Positions 46,260 through 54,874 of a stretch of DNA of 64,000 nucleotides are shown piece by piece. The notes beneath the pieces are model-generated. The model was not told the origin of the DNA, ran no database searches, and saw only the letters and a program-made list of their open reading frames with translations. The position numbers were made by a program, and so were the translations under genes. The stretch's first letter is position 1; each line of letters starts with the position of its first letter. The DNA comes from Oscillospiraceae bacterium (GTDB lineage Bacteria; Bacillota; Clostridia; Oscillospirales; SIG627): NCBI GenBank assembly GCA_015063605.1, contig SVTV01000008.1:5038-69037 (forward strand), given 5' to 3'.

Positions 46260-47357
46260 TTACATTATACGCACGCGCATGGCGTGTGCCGCCTCTTTCA
46301 TAAGCTCTTTATATTCGGAATCGGGTATTGCCTTCAAGGCATTGATGGCAGATACGATATATTCGTCAGCGCGCTTTGCGGAATACTCAATACCACCGTT
46401 ATTCTTTAATATGCTTATTGCTTCTTCCATATCAGCGGAAGAAGCATTTTTGTTTCCTACGATGGAGGAAAGGCGCTTCTTTTCTCCTGCTGAAGCGTTT
46501 TTATAGCTTTCTCGTAAAATGAGAGTGTTTTTGGCCTCCCTTATATCGCTTCCGATGGGCTTGCCGAGAGTCTTTTCATCGGAGAGAACGCCGAGAATAT
46601 CATCCTGAAGCTGAAAAGCTATTCCGCAAAGCTCACTGTATGTGCGGAGAGCTGTGAGGACACTTTCATCGGGCTCGTTTTTGCCCGAGCCTATTATATA
46701 TCCCGATGTGGTACAGAAAGCGAAAAGCTCTCCCGTTTTCTTTTTGAGAACGTTTATGACTTCATCCTCGGAAACCGTGAAAAGCTTTTCCATGGATGTG
46801 AAAAGCATTCCGTAACGTGTGTCGAGAGCTTCACCCTCGCAAAGGGCGGGAGTGCAGACTCTTGTCAGAAGTCTGATGACCTTCTGAACAGCCTTTATAT
46901 CGGCACCTCTGTTTACAGCATCGCATACAGAGTCGACTGCCAGGGCGAGAAGGACATCTCCCGATAATATTGCAGAGGCAGTTCCGTAGCGCAATGCATC
47001 GTTTTCATCAAGCTCTGAGCCGTACTCGGTCAGAAGATCGTTTTTGACCTTGATATGTACCGTGGGACCGCCGCGGCGTACATCGTCATCATCGATTATA
47101 TCGTCATGAACGAGAGTGAAGATATGATATAGCTCGGATGCGCATGCAACGGGAACAGCCATTTCTATGGCTTTTTCTCCGCCTGCCGCTGCCGCGCACA
47201 TTAAGCAAAGAGCGGGACGGAATCTTTTTCCGCCTCTGAGAAAATAAGAGGAAACACCGTCTCTTATCTCGGGAGGATTTACACCATCGAGATCTATAGA
47301 ATCAAAATAATCCTTTGTAAGCTTTTTTGAAAGATCTGTAAATTCTTTAAGAACCAT
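46260..47357 (-). CDS. polyprenyl diphosphate synthase-family protein
   Basis: The first DDxxD (LVHDDIIDDDD) and second DDxxD (QLQDDILG) are both present. ATG 47357 is preferred over the listed upstream start. Confidence 0.85.
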   Translation of the reverse strand: MVLKEFTDLSKKLTKDYFDSIDLDGVNPPEIRDGVSSYFLRGGKRFRPALCLMCAAAAGGEKAIEMAVPVACASELYHIFTLVHDDIIDDDDVRRGGPTVHIKVKNDLLTEYGSELDENDALRYGTASAILSGDVLLALAVDSVCDAVNRGADIKAVQKVIRLLTRVCTPALCEGEALDTRYGMLFTSMEKLFTVSEDEVINVLKKKTGELFAFCTTSGYIIGSGKNEPDESVLTALRTYSELCGIAFQLQDDILGVLSDEKTLGKPIGSDIREAKNTLILRESYKNASAGEKKRLSSIVGNKNASSADMEEAISILKNNGGIEYSAKRADEYIVSAINALKAIPDSEYKELMKEAAHAMRVRIM

Positions 47358-47435
47358 GAAGAATACCTTTTCAATAATTAAATATTTTATCTTATCAATT
47401 ATACCAAATAAAAACGATAAAAGCAATAGGCGGCA

Positions 47436-48395
47436 TCAAATTTTAAGAAATTTCAATATAAGGAAAACAGGTAACGCACTAAGAGCGCCAATAATGCCCA
47501 TTGCCCCTTTTCCTAAAATGTATTTTTTTCGTGAAATGCCGTCGGGCGCTATTGCAAAGGTTTGAAATACCGTTGAAAGTCCTCCGAAGCAAATAAAAAA
47601 CGATGCGATGCAAAACGTAAGAAGAGAGCTTTTCGAAATATTAGTAATTCCGCAGGTAACCTCAAGAAGTCCGCTCACTATCATAATGGGGAGACTTGAT
47701 GCTTTATTTCCTCCGAAAGCGAGAAGTATAAGCTCATTTATCAAGTAAAATGTTATTACGAAGCCGCATACTGTAATACTTGAGTGTAATGCTGTCTTCA
47801 CCGAGAGAATAAATGCTTTTGAAAAGGAAAGAGTTTTTTCATTTTCGTAACCGAAAGCTGTTTTAAATACATTGGATCTTGAAGAGGTTATCATCATAAG
47901 AAGCAAAGAAGAAAAAAGCTGTATAAGATACAAAGAAACTCCCGCAAACGGAATATCGCCGAAGGCTTTTTCCGAAAAGAAAATGACAAATGCGGGACTG
48001 CACAAATTACAGAGAGGAAGAAGCCTTTCCGTCTCTTCTTTTTCGATATTCCCTGCCTTATACAACCCAAACAATGAAGCGGCACCTACGGGAAAACCGC
48101 AAAAGCAGCCTATTATCACAGCCTGAAATGAAGAGGGTGACACCTTGAAGAGCTTCGAGAAGAAAAGAGACGGAAGCCTTAAAGCACTCGAAAGGATCTT
48201 TGTGGAAACGATCATGGCGGATATTATCATAAAAGGGAAGAGGGATGGAATGACTCTTCCCATGCATAATTCAAGAGCATCTCTTACCGATTCGGCACAA
48301 AAATTCGGGTGGGACAGAATCATTATCGTTGCAGCTGCTATTATGAAGGCGGGAAGAAGCTCGGTGATATATCCGTAATATGCTTTTTTAATCAT
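47436..48395 (-). CDS. ylbJ: sporulation integral membrane protein YlbJ-like
   Basis: A polytopic membrane protein with a nucleoside-recognition-like repeat. It is divergent from yqfC/yqfD. Confidence 0.7.
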   Translation of the reverse strand: MIKKAYYGYITELLPAFIIAAATIMILSHPNFCAESVRDALELCMGRVIPSLFPFMIISAMIVSTKILSSALRLPSLFFSKLFKVSPSSFQAVIIGCFCGFPVGAASLFGLYKAGNIEKEETERLLPLCNLCSPAFVIFFSEKAFGDIPFAGVSLYLIQLFSSLLLMMITSSRSNVFKTAFGYENEKTLSFSKAFILSVKTALHSSITVCGFVITFYLINELILLAFGGNKASSLPIMIVSGLLEVTCGITNISKSSLLTFCIASFFICFGGLSTVFQTFAIAPDGISRKKYILGKGAMGIIGALSALPVFLILKFLKI

Positions 48396-48411
48396 AAAAC
48401 TCTCCTTTTGG

Positions 48412-48440
48412 CTATATATTTATATTATAGATTATACAGA
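48412..48440 (+). promoter_or_regulatory. possible SigE-type sporulation promoter for yqfC-yqfD
   Basis: A -35-like ATATA and a -10-like TATACAGA separated by 14 nt resemble my recollection of the SigE consensus (ATA...CATACA-T). Confidence 0.3.
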
Positions 48441-48455
48441 CGGAGAAACGAGAAT

Positions 48456-48737
48456 ATGAAAAATAAAAACAATTCGGGAGAAAAGTCTTGCTTGAAAAGA
48501 AAGCTTATACATGATGTCAATGAGCTTCTTGCAATGAACAATGTTATCTACGTTTACGGAAGAAAATATATGATGATGGAAGGATGCAAAAAAATAATAA
48601 AATGCGATCATGATGAAATAATCCTCAGAAACGATCTTGAGGTAAAGATACACGGCACCTCTCTTGCTCTCAGGCAATTGGGAAACAATACCATGGGTGT
48701 AGAGGGAACGATAACATCCGTTGAATTTATAAAGTGA
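48456..48737 (+). CDS. yqfC: sporulation protein YqfC (YabP family)
   Basis: A 93-aa protein with the ...YVYGRKYMMMEGCKKIIKCDHDEIIL...ITSVEF pattern. The RBS GGAGA lies 10 nt upstream of ATG 48456. Confidence 0.8.
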   Translation: MKNKNNSGEKSCLKRKLIHDVNELLAMNNVIYVYGRKYMMMEGCKKIIKCDHDEIILRNDLEVKIHGTSLALRQLGNNTMGVEGTITSVEFIK

Positions 48738-48750
48738 AGAGGTATAGACA

Positions 48751-49956
48751 ATGATGTACAGAATAATTTCCGCAATAGCAGGGTATTACCGTTTTTTTGT
48801 AAACGGAAGAGCCGCTGAACGGGTACTGAACAGATTGATGACAATAAATGCGGATATTTTCGATATAGAGAGAATAAACGAAAATGAAATAACCTTCAGT
48901 GCGGGAGTAATACATTACAAAAAAATAAAGCATGTACTTGACGAAATGCGGAGTGTGGGAATAAAATACCGAACTGTTCTCAGGGGATTTCCCGAAGTTC
49001 TTTACAGATACAGAAAGAGAACGGGTCTTGTTATCGGAATTTTTTTGTCATGTGCTTTGATCTGGGCTTCAAGTCTGTTTATTTGGACTGTTGAGATCAG
49101 AGGTCTCGTTTCAGTAACTGACGAAACAATGAGAGAAATGCTTTCGGATGCGGGACTTTATGAGGGCAAAAGGATATCCGATATAAATTTTGATGATATT
49201 AGATTTGAATTGATAAACAGATATCCCGAAATATCCTATGCAACATTCTTTATATCGGGTACTCATGCTCTTGTCAGTATCAGTGAGAGAGCCTTTCCTC
49301 CCGATACATCGAAAAATAACGATCCCTATAACCTTGTGGCAAAGTGCGACGGTGTTATAGTGGATTCCGCCGTTTCAGACGGTATGACTATGGTAAAGTC
49401 GGGAGAGTTCGTCAGAAAAGGCGACCTTCTCGTAAGCGGAATCGTGGAATTGCAGACCACGGCTTATAAGACGGTTCATGCAAAAGGCAGCGTCTTTGCG
49501 AAAACGGTCCATGAATTTTCCGTAACCGTTCCCTTTGAATCTCATGAAAAGGTATATACAGGTAATGAAGCTGTGAAAAGAAGGCTTGAGATACTTGACT
49601 TTTCCGTTCCTCTTTATTTATCTTCCGATTGCGGCTTTGGAAAGTATGAGGCTTATAAAAGAACGGAGAATGTCATTCTCTTTGATCTTATCCGTCTTCC
49701 CTTCAGATTGACCGAAACAAGCTTCGCGGAATACAAAACTCCGCTTATTTATCTTACACCCGAAAAAGCCGAAAACAAAGCTTACGATATGTATAAAGAG
49801 TATATAAAAAACGAGCTTTCCGAAAGGGAGATCGTCAAGGAGGAGATATCGGTAAACGAAGAAGAAAAGGGTATCACATTCAAAGCCGTTATATGGTGCA
49901 TAGAGGACATTGCCGAGGAAAAGGCGTTTCTGTCCGAGGAATATGATGAACCATGA
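48751..49956 (+). CDS. yqfD: sporulation protein YqfD
   Basis: About 400 aa with an N-terminal YRF.V.G...ERVLN pattern and a central TM helix. It lies immediately downstream of yqfC. Confidence 0.85.
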   Translation: MMYRIISAIAGYYRFFVNGRAAERVLNRLMTINADIFDIERINENEITFSAGVIHYKKIKHVLDEMRSVGIKYRTVLRGFPEVLYRYRKRTGLVIGIFLSCALIWASSLFIWTVEIRGLVSVTDETMREMLSDAGLYEGKRISDINFDDIRFELINRYPEISYATFFISGTHALVSISERAFPPDTSKNNDPYNLVAKCDGVIVDSAVSDGMTMVKSGEFVRKGDLLVSGIVELQTTAYKTVHAKGSVFAKTVHEFSVTVPFESHEKVYTGNEAVKRRLEILDFSVPLYLSSDCGFGKYEAYKRTENVILFDLIRLPFRLTETSFAEYKTPLIYLTPEKAENKAYDMYKEYIKNELSEREIVKEEISVNEEEKGITFKAVIWCIEDIAEEKAFLSEEYDEP

Positions 49957-49988
49957 GAAGCTTGCTTTCAATAATTGAATAAAGAATT

Positions 49989-50016
49989 AAGGCGCTCCGT
50001 CACCACGGGGCGCCTT
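49989..50016. terminator. hairpin between convergent yqfD and oxidoreductase genes
   Basis: AAGGCGCTCCGT-cacc-ACGGGGCGCCTT (12 bp, one G-U pair). A U-rich tract is present only on the minus-strand side. Confidence 0.6.
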
Positions 50017-50041
50017 GTGATACTATCTGAAAAGCCTTTTA

Positions 50042-51181
50042 TTATTCGGGAAGAACTATCTCTATTTCTCTGCCTGCTTCTGCGGACTTTACGATACCGT
50101 CGATTATTGCCTGGTTGTAAAGTATCTGAGAAACGGGAACGGGAGAGGGTGTTCCGTTCTTGCATGCATCTAAGAAGGAGCGTATCTTCTGATCGAAGAG
50201 ACCGGGACCTCTGTTCTGGATTATCGGTATGGTAGTGGATGTCTGAACGCCTGCAACGTCGTGGTAAATGGTCATGGGACCGCCTACAGAGCCGTTCCAG
50301 CAGTCTGTGGAAGGAATGCGGAGAGCACCCTTTGTACCGAAGATGATGGTGTCGCCGGGGGTGTCAACATGCATAGCCCAAGAGATACGGAAGTCGAGGA
50401 TTATGCCGCCCTCAAGACGGATGAATGCCGCCGCGAAATCGTCAACATTGAAGCGTGCCGCATCTGCGGGGTTATTGTACATGGGGTTCGTTCCGAAGAA
50501 GGAGCTTGTATATCCGGAAACGGTAAGGGGCTTGGGATAACCGATCGCATTGAGGACCATATCGAGAGAATAGCATCCGATATCGCCGAGAGCACCGATT
50601 CCCGCAGTCTTCTTTTCGATGAATGTGCTGTTGGGAATACCTCTTCTTCTGCCGCCGCCCGTCTGGATGTAGTATATCTGACCGAGCTCACCGGATTCAA
50701 CGATCTTTTTTATCATCTTCATATTGGGATCGAATCTGGGCTGGAAGCCTATGGAAAGTACCTTGCCGCTTTCCTTTTCGGCTTTTGCGATTTCGATCGC
50801 TTCTTCAGTTGTAACGCAGAGAGGCTTTTCGAGAAGAACGTTTACGCCTTTTTGAAGAGCGTATATCGTGCACTCCGCATGAGTCGCATTGTATGTACAT
50901 ACGCTTACCGCATCAAGCTCTTCGTTGTCGAGCATTTCCTTGTGGGAAGGGTAGAACTTAACACCCTTGACTCCGTATCTTTCCATGAAAGCCTCGGCTT
51001 TTCCGGGAATAAGGTCGGCTGCCGCAACTATCTCCACATCGTTGAATTTCTTATAGGAATCGATATGGGATTCCGCTATCCAACCTGTTCCTATAATACC
51101 TACCTTAAGCTTTTCGCCCTTGAAGGGGGAGAAAACCTCTTTGATCTCTTGTTTGAATTGGCTGAGAACGCTGTCTGACAT
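50042..51181 (-). CDS. Gfo/Idh/MocA-family oxidoreductase
   Basis: N-terminal Rossmann KVGIIGTGWIA and an EKP motif (LLEKPL). Confidence 0.85.
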   Translation of the reverse strand: MSDSVLSQFKQEIKEVFSPFKGEKLKVGIIGTGWIAESHIDSYKKFNDVEIVAAADLIPGKAEAFMERYGVKGVKFYPSHKEMLDNEELDAVSVCTYNATHAECTIYALQKGVNVLLEKPLCVTTEEAIEIAKAEKESGKVLSIGFQPRFDPNMKMIKKIVESGELGQIYYIQTGGGRRRGIPNSTFIEKKTAGIGALGDIGCYSLDMVLNAIGYPKPLTVSGYTSSFFGTNPMYNNPADAARFNVDDFAAAFIRLEGGIILDFRISWAMHVDTPGDTIIFGTKGALRIPSTDCWNGSVGGPMTIYHDVAGVQTSTTIPIIQNRGPGLFDQKIRSFLDACKNGTPSPVPVSQILYNQAIIDGIVKSAEAGREIEIVLPE

Positions 51182-51199
51182 GATTTTTCTCCTTTTTGT

Positions 51200-52024
51200 T
51201 TATTTGTATATTTCTCTTATGTAATCAATACTGCTCTTTACGCATTCCGAGGGTGTCTTTCCGGGAGTGGGCTTATCCTGTTCGACTATAAGCCACTTTG
51301 TGCCCGCATTTTCCGAAGCCTTTATCAATGCTTCGATGTTCTGGCATCCGTTTCCGCATGAACGGAATTCGAATGTTGAAGTTTCCTTCTTCTCCGTCTT
51401 AATGCCTATAAGCTCGTACATGCTGCCGGAGTCCTTATCGGATGATTTGAAGTAATCCTTGAGATGTACTATGGGAGCGCGTCCCGAATACTTATTGATG
51501 TACTCCGCCGGATCTTCACCCGCTACTCTTACCCAGCAGGTGTCAAGCTCTGTTTTGAGAAGCTCCTCGGAAACGGTGCGGTACATATAATCGAGACCGT
51601 ATTCGCCGTTTACCTTTTTGAATTCGAAATCGTGATTGTGATAGAGAAGAGTGATACCCTTTGCCTTGAAGCTTTCACCTAATTTGCCTATAAGCTCAAC
51701 TGCCTCGAAAAACTTCTCACCGCCGGGACGGTATTCTTCTGTCATGTAGGGAACGACAGCATATTTGAGTCCCAAGGCGAGACATTCATCAATAACGCCT
51801 TCCGTGTTATTTACAAGGTCCGCAAAGGGAATATGAGCCGATACGAGGGAAAGTCCGATGGAATCGGCATATTTTTTTATTTCAACGGGAGAATTTCCGA
51901 AAAGTCCTGCAAATTCAACGCCGTCGTATCCCATTTCTTTAACGAGCTTCAGCGTGCCGAAAAAATCAGCCTGAGCTTCGTTTCTTAGGGAATAAAGCTG
52001 TAATCCTACGGGTATTTTGCTCAT
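51200..52024 (-). CDS. sugar phosphate isomerase/epimerase (xylose-isomerase-like TIM barrel)
   Basis: About 274 aa with the GYDGVEF and HNHDFEF patterns of the AP-endonuclease-2/TIM-barrel family. Confidence 0.8.
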   Translation of the reverse strand: MSKIPVGLQLYSLRNEAQADFFGTLKLVKEMGYDGVEFAGLFGNSPVEIKKYADSIGLSLVSAHIPFADLVNNTEGVIDECLALGLKYAVVPYMTEEYRPGGEKFFEAVELIGKLGESFKAKGITLLYHNHDFEFKKVNGEYGLDYMYRTVSEELLKTELDTCWVRVAGEDPAEYINKYSGRAPIVHLKDYFKSSDKDSGSMYELIGIKTEKKETSTFEFRSCGNGCQNIEALIKASENAGTKWLIVEQDKPTPGKTPSECVKSSIDYIREIYK

Positions 52025-52171
52025 GAGTCTGTATCCTTTCTTGAACGATGGGTTTTAAAAAACTGAAATTTCGCTATCTTGATTATAATATTATATTGGA
52101 AAAATGTCAAGAGAAATTATAAAATATTCCTTGAAATTACATAACGCGAAACTGCTTTCTGCAGTAATTAT

Positions 52172-52336
52172 TTATTTTTGTGATTCTTTTCCGCTTTGCC
52201 TTTTCTTCATCCTCCGCCAGCTTACAAAGCCGTAAATGTCATTTACCAAAAAAGCGGCAAAGCATACTGTGATTGCCGTCACCGACAGCGTCCACAGGAT
52301 AATGTCAAGAGTAGAAAAATACTGTTTGATTTTCAT
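52172..52336 (-). CDS. 54-aa single-TM ORF (not in the supplied track), possibly a transporter C-terminal remnant
   Basis: My own translation is MKIKQYFSTLDIILWTLSVTAITVCFAAFLVNDIYGFVSWRRMKKRQSGKESQK. The tail NDIYGFVSWRR resembles PnuC-type C-termini from memory only. I found no convincing RBS. Confidence 0.25.
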   Translation of the reverse strand: MKIKQYFSTLDIILWTLSVTAITVCFAAFLVNDIYGFVSWRRMKKRQSGKESQK

Positions 52337-52558
52337 TTGTTTGTATGTGCCTTTCCGAAAATCTCAATGGGAAAACCCGCCCAAAAAATAAACATTCGTG
52401 TACATATCTTCTGAGACCTAACGATATGCATACGAATGTTTTACCATTCCACTACTCGGTAGCAGTTTATCTGTATATGAATGTTGCGGTAATTATAGCA
52501 TAAAAACGGGAAAAAGCAATATGGAAAGTGATAAGAAAGATCGGAGAGGTGTTAAAAG

Positions 52559-52700
52559 GTGTACTTTTTGACAGTTAATTTCCTTGTCTAATTATAACAC
52601 TAAAATATATAAAATGCAAGGCTTTTTTAGAAAAAAGTTAACAGAATATGAATTTACTTGTTATCTATTCCCTTGAAATGGCTTTTGTCAAAAAGTACAC
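52559..52700. repeat. 15-bp perfect inverted repeat pair flanking 112 bp, upstream of the SPFH/TIR operon
   Basis: GTGTACTTTTTGACA (52559-52573) and its exact reverse complement TGTCAAAAAGTACAC (52686-52700). Confidence 0.8.
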
Positions 52701-52739
52701 TTATTGAAAATAGTCATACCTGTAAGGAGAATATGTATC

Positions 52740-54149
52740 ATGTCGAAAATTGCCGATATAATCAAATACGAGGGCGATAACAGCACCTTTATATGGAAAC
52801 ATCCTTGTGAGGATTTCAACACATTGACACAGCTTATCGTTCATGAAAGTCAGGAAGCTGTATTCTTTCTCAATGGAGAAGCCCTTGATCTTTTCGGACC
52901 GGGAAGGCATACTCTCGAAACTCAAAACATACCAAAACTTGGAAAACTTTTCAATAAAATTATAGGAGATGATACGCCTTTTCATTGCGAAGTTTATTTT
53001 ATTAATAAAACCGTGCAAATGGCTATTAAATGGGGCACAGATTCAAAAGTGCGTTTCGTAGAACCTATTTACGGTATACCTTTGGAAATAGGCGCATGCG
53101 GTGAGATGAATTTAGAGGTTTCGGATTCACGTAAGTTATTATTGAAGCTTGTGGGTACAATGAACGGTATTGCATGGGACGATTATGGAGCAGGTTTTAC
53201 AAAATCCCTTCAAAATTCTTTTCGTCCTCTTATTTCTACTGCTGTAAAATCAAATCTTCCGAGTGCCATAAAATCCAATAACATAGATGTTATTGAAATT
53301 GATGAGAAACTAGAGTTGCTTTCGGAAACAATGCGAAGAAGCATTGTAAATGGCTTTGAGGAATACGGTCTTACAATACCTCAATTCTACATTACCGGTA
53401 TTGCCCTTCCCGAGAACGATCCTAATTTCAAAAAAATGAAGGAGTTACATGCCGTATCATTCCAGACGAGAATGATACAAGCGGAAGCTTTTGTTAAATC
53501 CGCACAAGCCGATGCCGATGCGGATGTTACGGCAGCAAGACGAAAGGTTGAGATGGAACGCCAGCTTACTGAAACAGAAGTGAAAAAACGTGAAGCCGAA
53601 CGTGAGTTGATCAAAGCGCAAACGGAAGCGCAAGCCGTAAAGATGGCAGGTCTTGCCGAAGCTGAAGTAATGCGGGCAAAGGGCTACGATCAGAAAGACG
53701 TTATTACAGCCGAGGTTCAAAAGGCATATGCGGAAGGTATTGGCAACATGACTATCAGCGGAAGCGGCGGCGGAGTTGCCGGTGATATGATAGGATTGAG
53801 TGTGGGAATGGCTGCCGCAGGCGTAGTTGCTCCCAAGCTCGGTGAAATGTTTGCCGGCTCAACCGGTGCAACACCGAATACATCTTCCGAAGCGCCCGCG
53901 GCGGAAGCCAAATGCTCAAAATGCGGTGCGGTATTGCCGAAAAATGCAAAATTCTGTCTTGAGTGCGGTGAAAAGGTCGCTCCCAAAATACCGGAAGGTA
54001 TGGTTATCTGCCCCGAATGCGGTAAAACAGTATCAAAGGGTAAATTCTGTCCCGAGTGCGGACACAAGTTTATAACAGCTTGCCCGAAATGCGGAAAAGA
54101 ACTTATTCCGGGTGCAAAATTCTGCCTTGAATGCGGCGAAAAGCTTTGA
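52740..54149 (+). CDS. SPFH-domain protein (YdjI/COG4260-like) with three C-terminal zinc ribbons
   Basis: The N-terminus MSKIADIIKYEGDNSTFIWKHP...LIVHESQEAVFFLNGE is typical of the SPFH Band_7_1 type. It has an Ala/Glu-rich coiled coil. Three CxxC...CxxC ribbons follow (CSKCG..CLECG, CPECG..CPECG, CPKCG..CLECG). The RBS AAGGAGA lies 9 nt upstream of ATG 52740. Confidence 0.8.
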   Translation: MSKIADIIKYEGDNSTFIWKHPCEDFNTLTQLIVHESQEAVFFLNGEALDLFGPGRHTLETQNIPKLGKLFNKIIGDDTPFHCEVYFINKTVQMAIKWGTDSKVRFVEPIYGIPLEIGACGEMNLEVSDSRKLLLKLVGTMNGIAWDDYGAGFTKSLQNSFRPLISTAVKSNLPSAIKSNNIDVIEIDEKLELLSETMRRSIVNGFEEYGLTIPQFYITGIALPENDPNFKKMKELHAVSFQTRMIQAEAFVKSAQADADADVTAARRKVEMERQLTETEVKKREAERELIKAQTEAQAVKMAGLAEAEVMRAKGYDQKDVITAEVQKAYAEGIGNMTISGSGGGVAGDMIGLSVGMAAAGVVAPKLGEMFAGSTGATPNTSSEAPAAEAKCSKCGAVLPKNAKFCLECGEKVAPKIPEGMVICPECGKTVSKGKFCPECGHKFITACPKCGKELIPGAKFCLECGEKL

Positions 54150-54165
54150 TCGGAGGTTGTGAAAA

Positions 54166-54864
54166 ATGACAAAGGTATTTAAAAACTATTTAATAATTTG
54201 GGTTGTTTTATTGATAATATTCAATGTTGTTTCCTTTGTGTCGGTCGGTTGGACGGGACAGGAAAAATACACACCGTCATTTTGGATAGGTTATGCATTT
54301 ATTACACTTACATTTATCGGTCAGATAGTATGTGCATATTTTGCGTTGAAAAACGTAGATATTAAGAAAACATTTTATAACATTCCCCTTTTTGAAACAA
54401 GTTGCAAGGGGGTCATTCTTACCTTTGTTGTCGGCGGTCTTTGTATGCTTATATCGCCTCTTCCGTATTGGATCGGAATAATAGGTTGCTCAATCATCCT
54501 GCTTTTCAATATAATCTCAGTTGTTAAAGCATTCGCTACTGTTGATATCGTAAGCGGGTTGGATTCGAAATTAAGAACGCAAACTTTTTTCACAAAATCA
54601 TTAACAATTGATGCAGATACACTTATGGCGAGTGCAAAATCCGACTCTGTCAAGACAGAATGCAGAAAAGTATATGAGGCTATTCGATATTCAGATCCCA
54701 TGAGCAATGGTGCTCTTGCATCGGTTGAAACCCAAATAACGCTGAAATTTGCCGAGCTTTCCGAAGCTGTTAAAGCGGATAATATAGAAGCGGTAACAAC
54801 ACTCGCAAACGAGGTTTGTATATTGGTCGCGGACAGAAATAAGAAATGTAAAATGTTGAAGTGA
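54166..54864 (+). CDS. 4-TM membrane protein with C-terminal helical cytoplasmic domain, unknown family
   Basis: Four hydrophobic helices fall in aa 8-125, followed by a soluble tail (...VYEAIRYSDPMSNGALASVETQI...). The RBS GGAGG lies 9 nt upstream, and the gene starts 16 nt after the SPFH stop. Confidence 0.6.
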   Translation: MTKVFKNYLIIWVVLLIIFNVVSFVSVGWTGQEKYTPSFWIGYAFITLTFIGQIVCAYFALKNVDIKKTFYNIPLFETSCKGVILTFVVGGLCMLISPLPYWIGIIGCSIILLFNIISVVKAFATVDIVSGLDSKLRTQTFFTKSLTIDADTLMASAKSDSVKTECRKVYEAIRYSDPMSNGALASVETQITLKFAELSEAVKADNIEAVTTLANEVCILVADRNKKCKMLK

Positions 54865-54874
54865 GATTTTTGTT

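Noticed and set aside
50261-51178. 305-aa plus-strand ORF.
   Set aside because: It is an antisense shadow of the Gfo/Idh/MocA oxidoreductase, which has clear Rossmann motifs on the minus strand.
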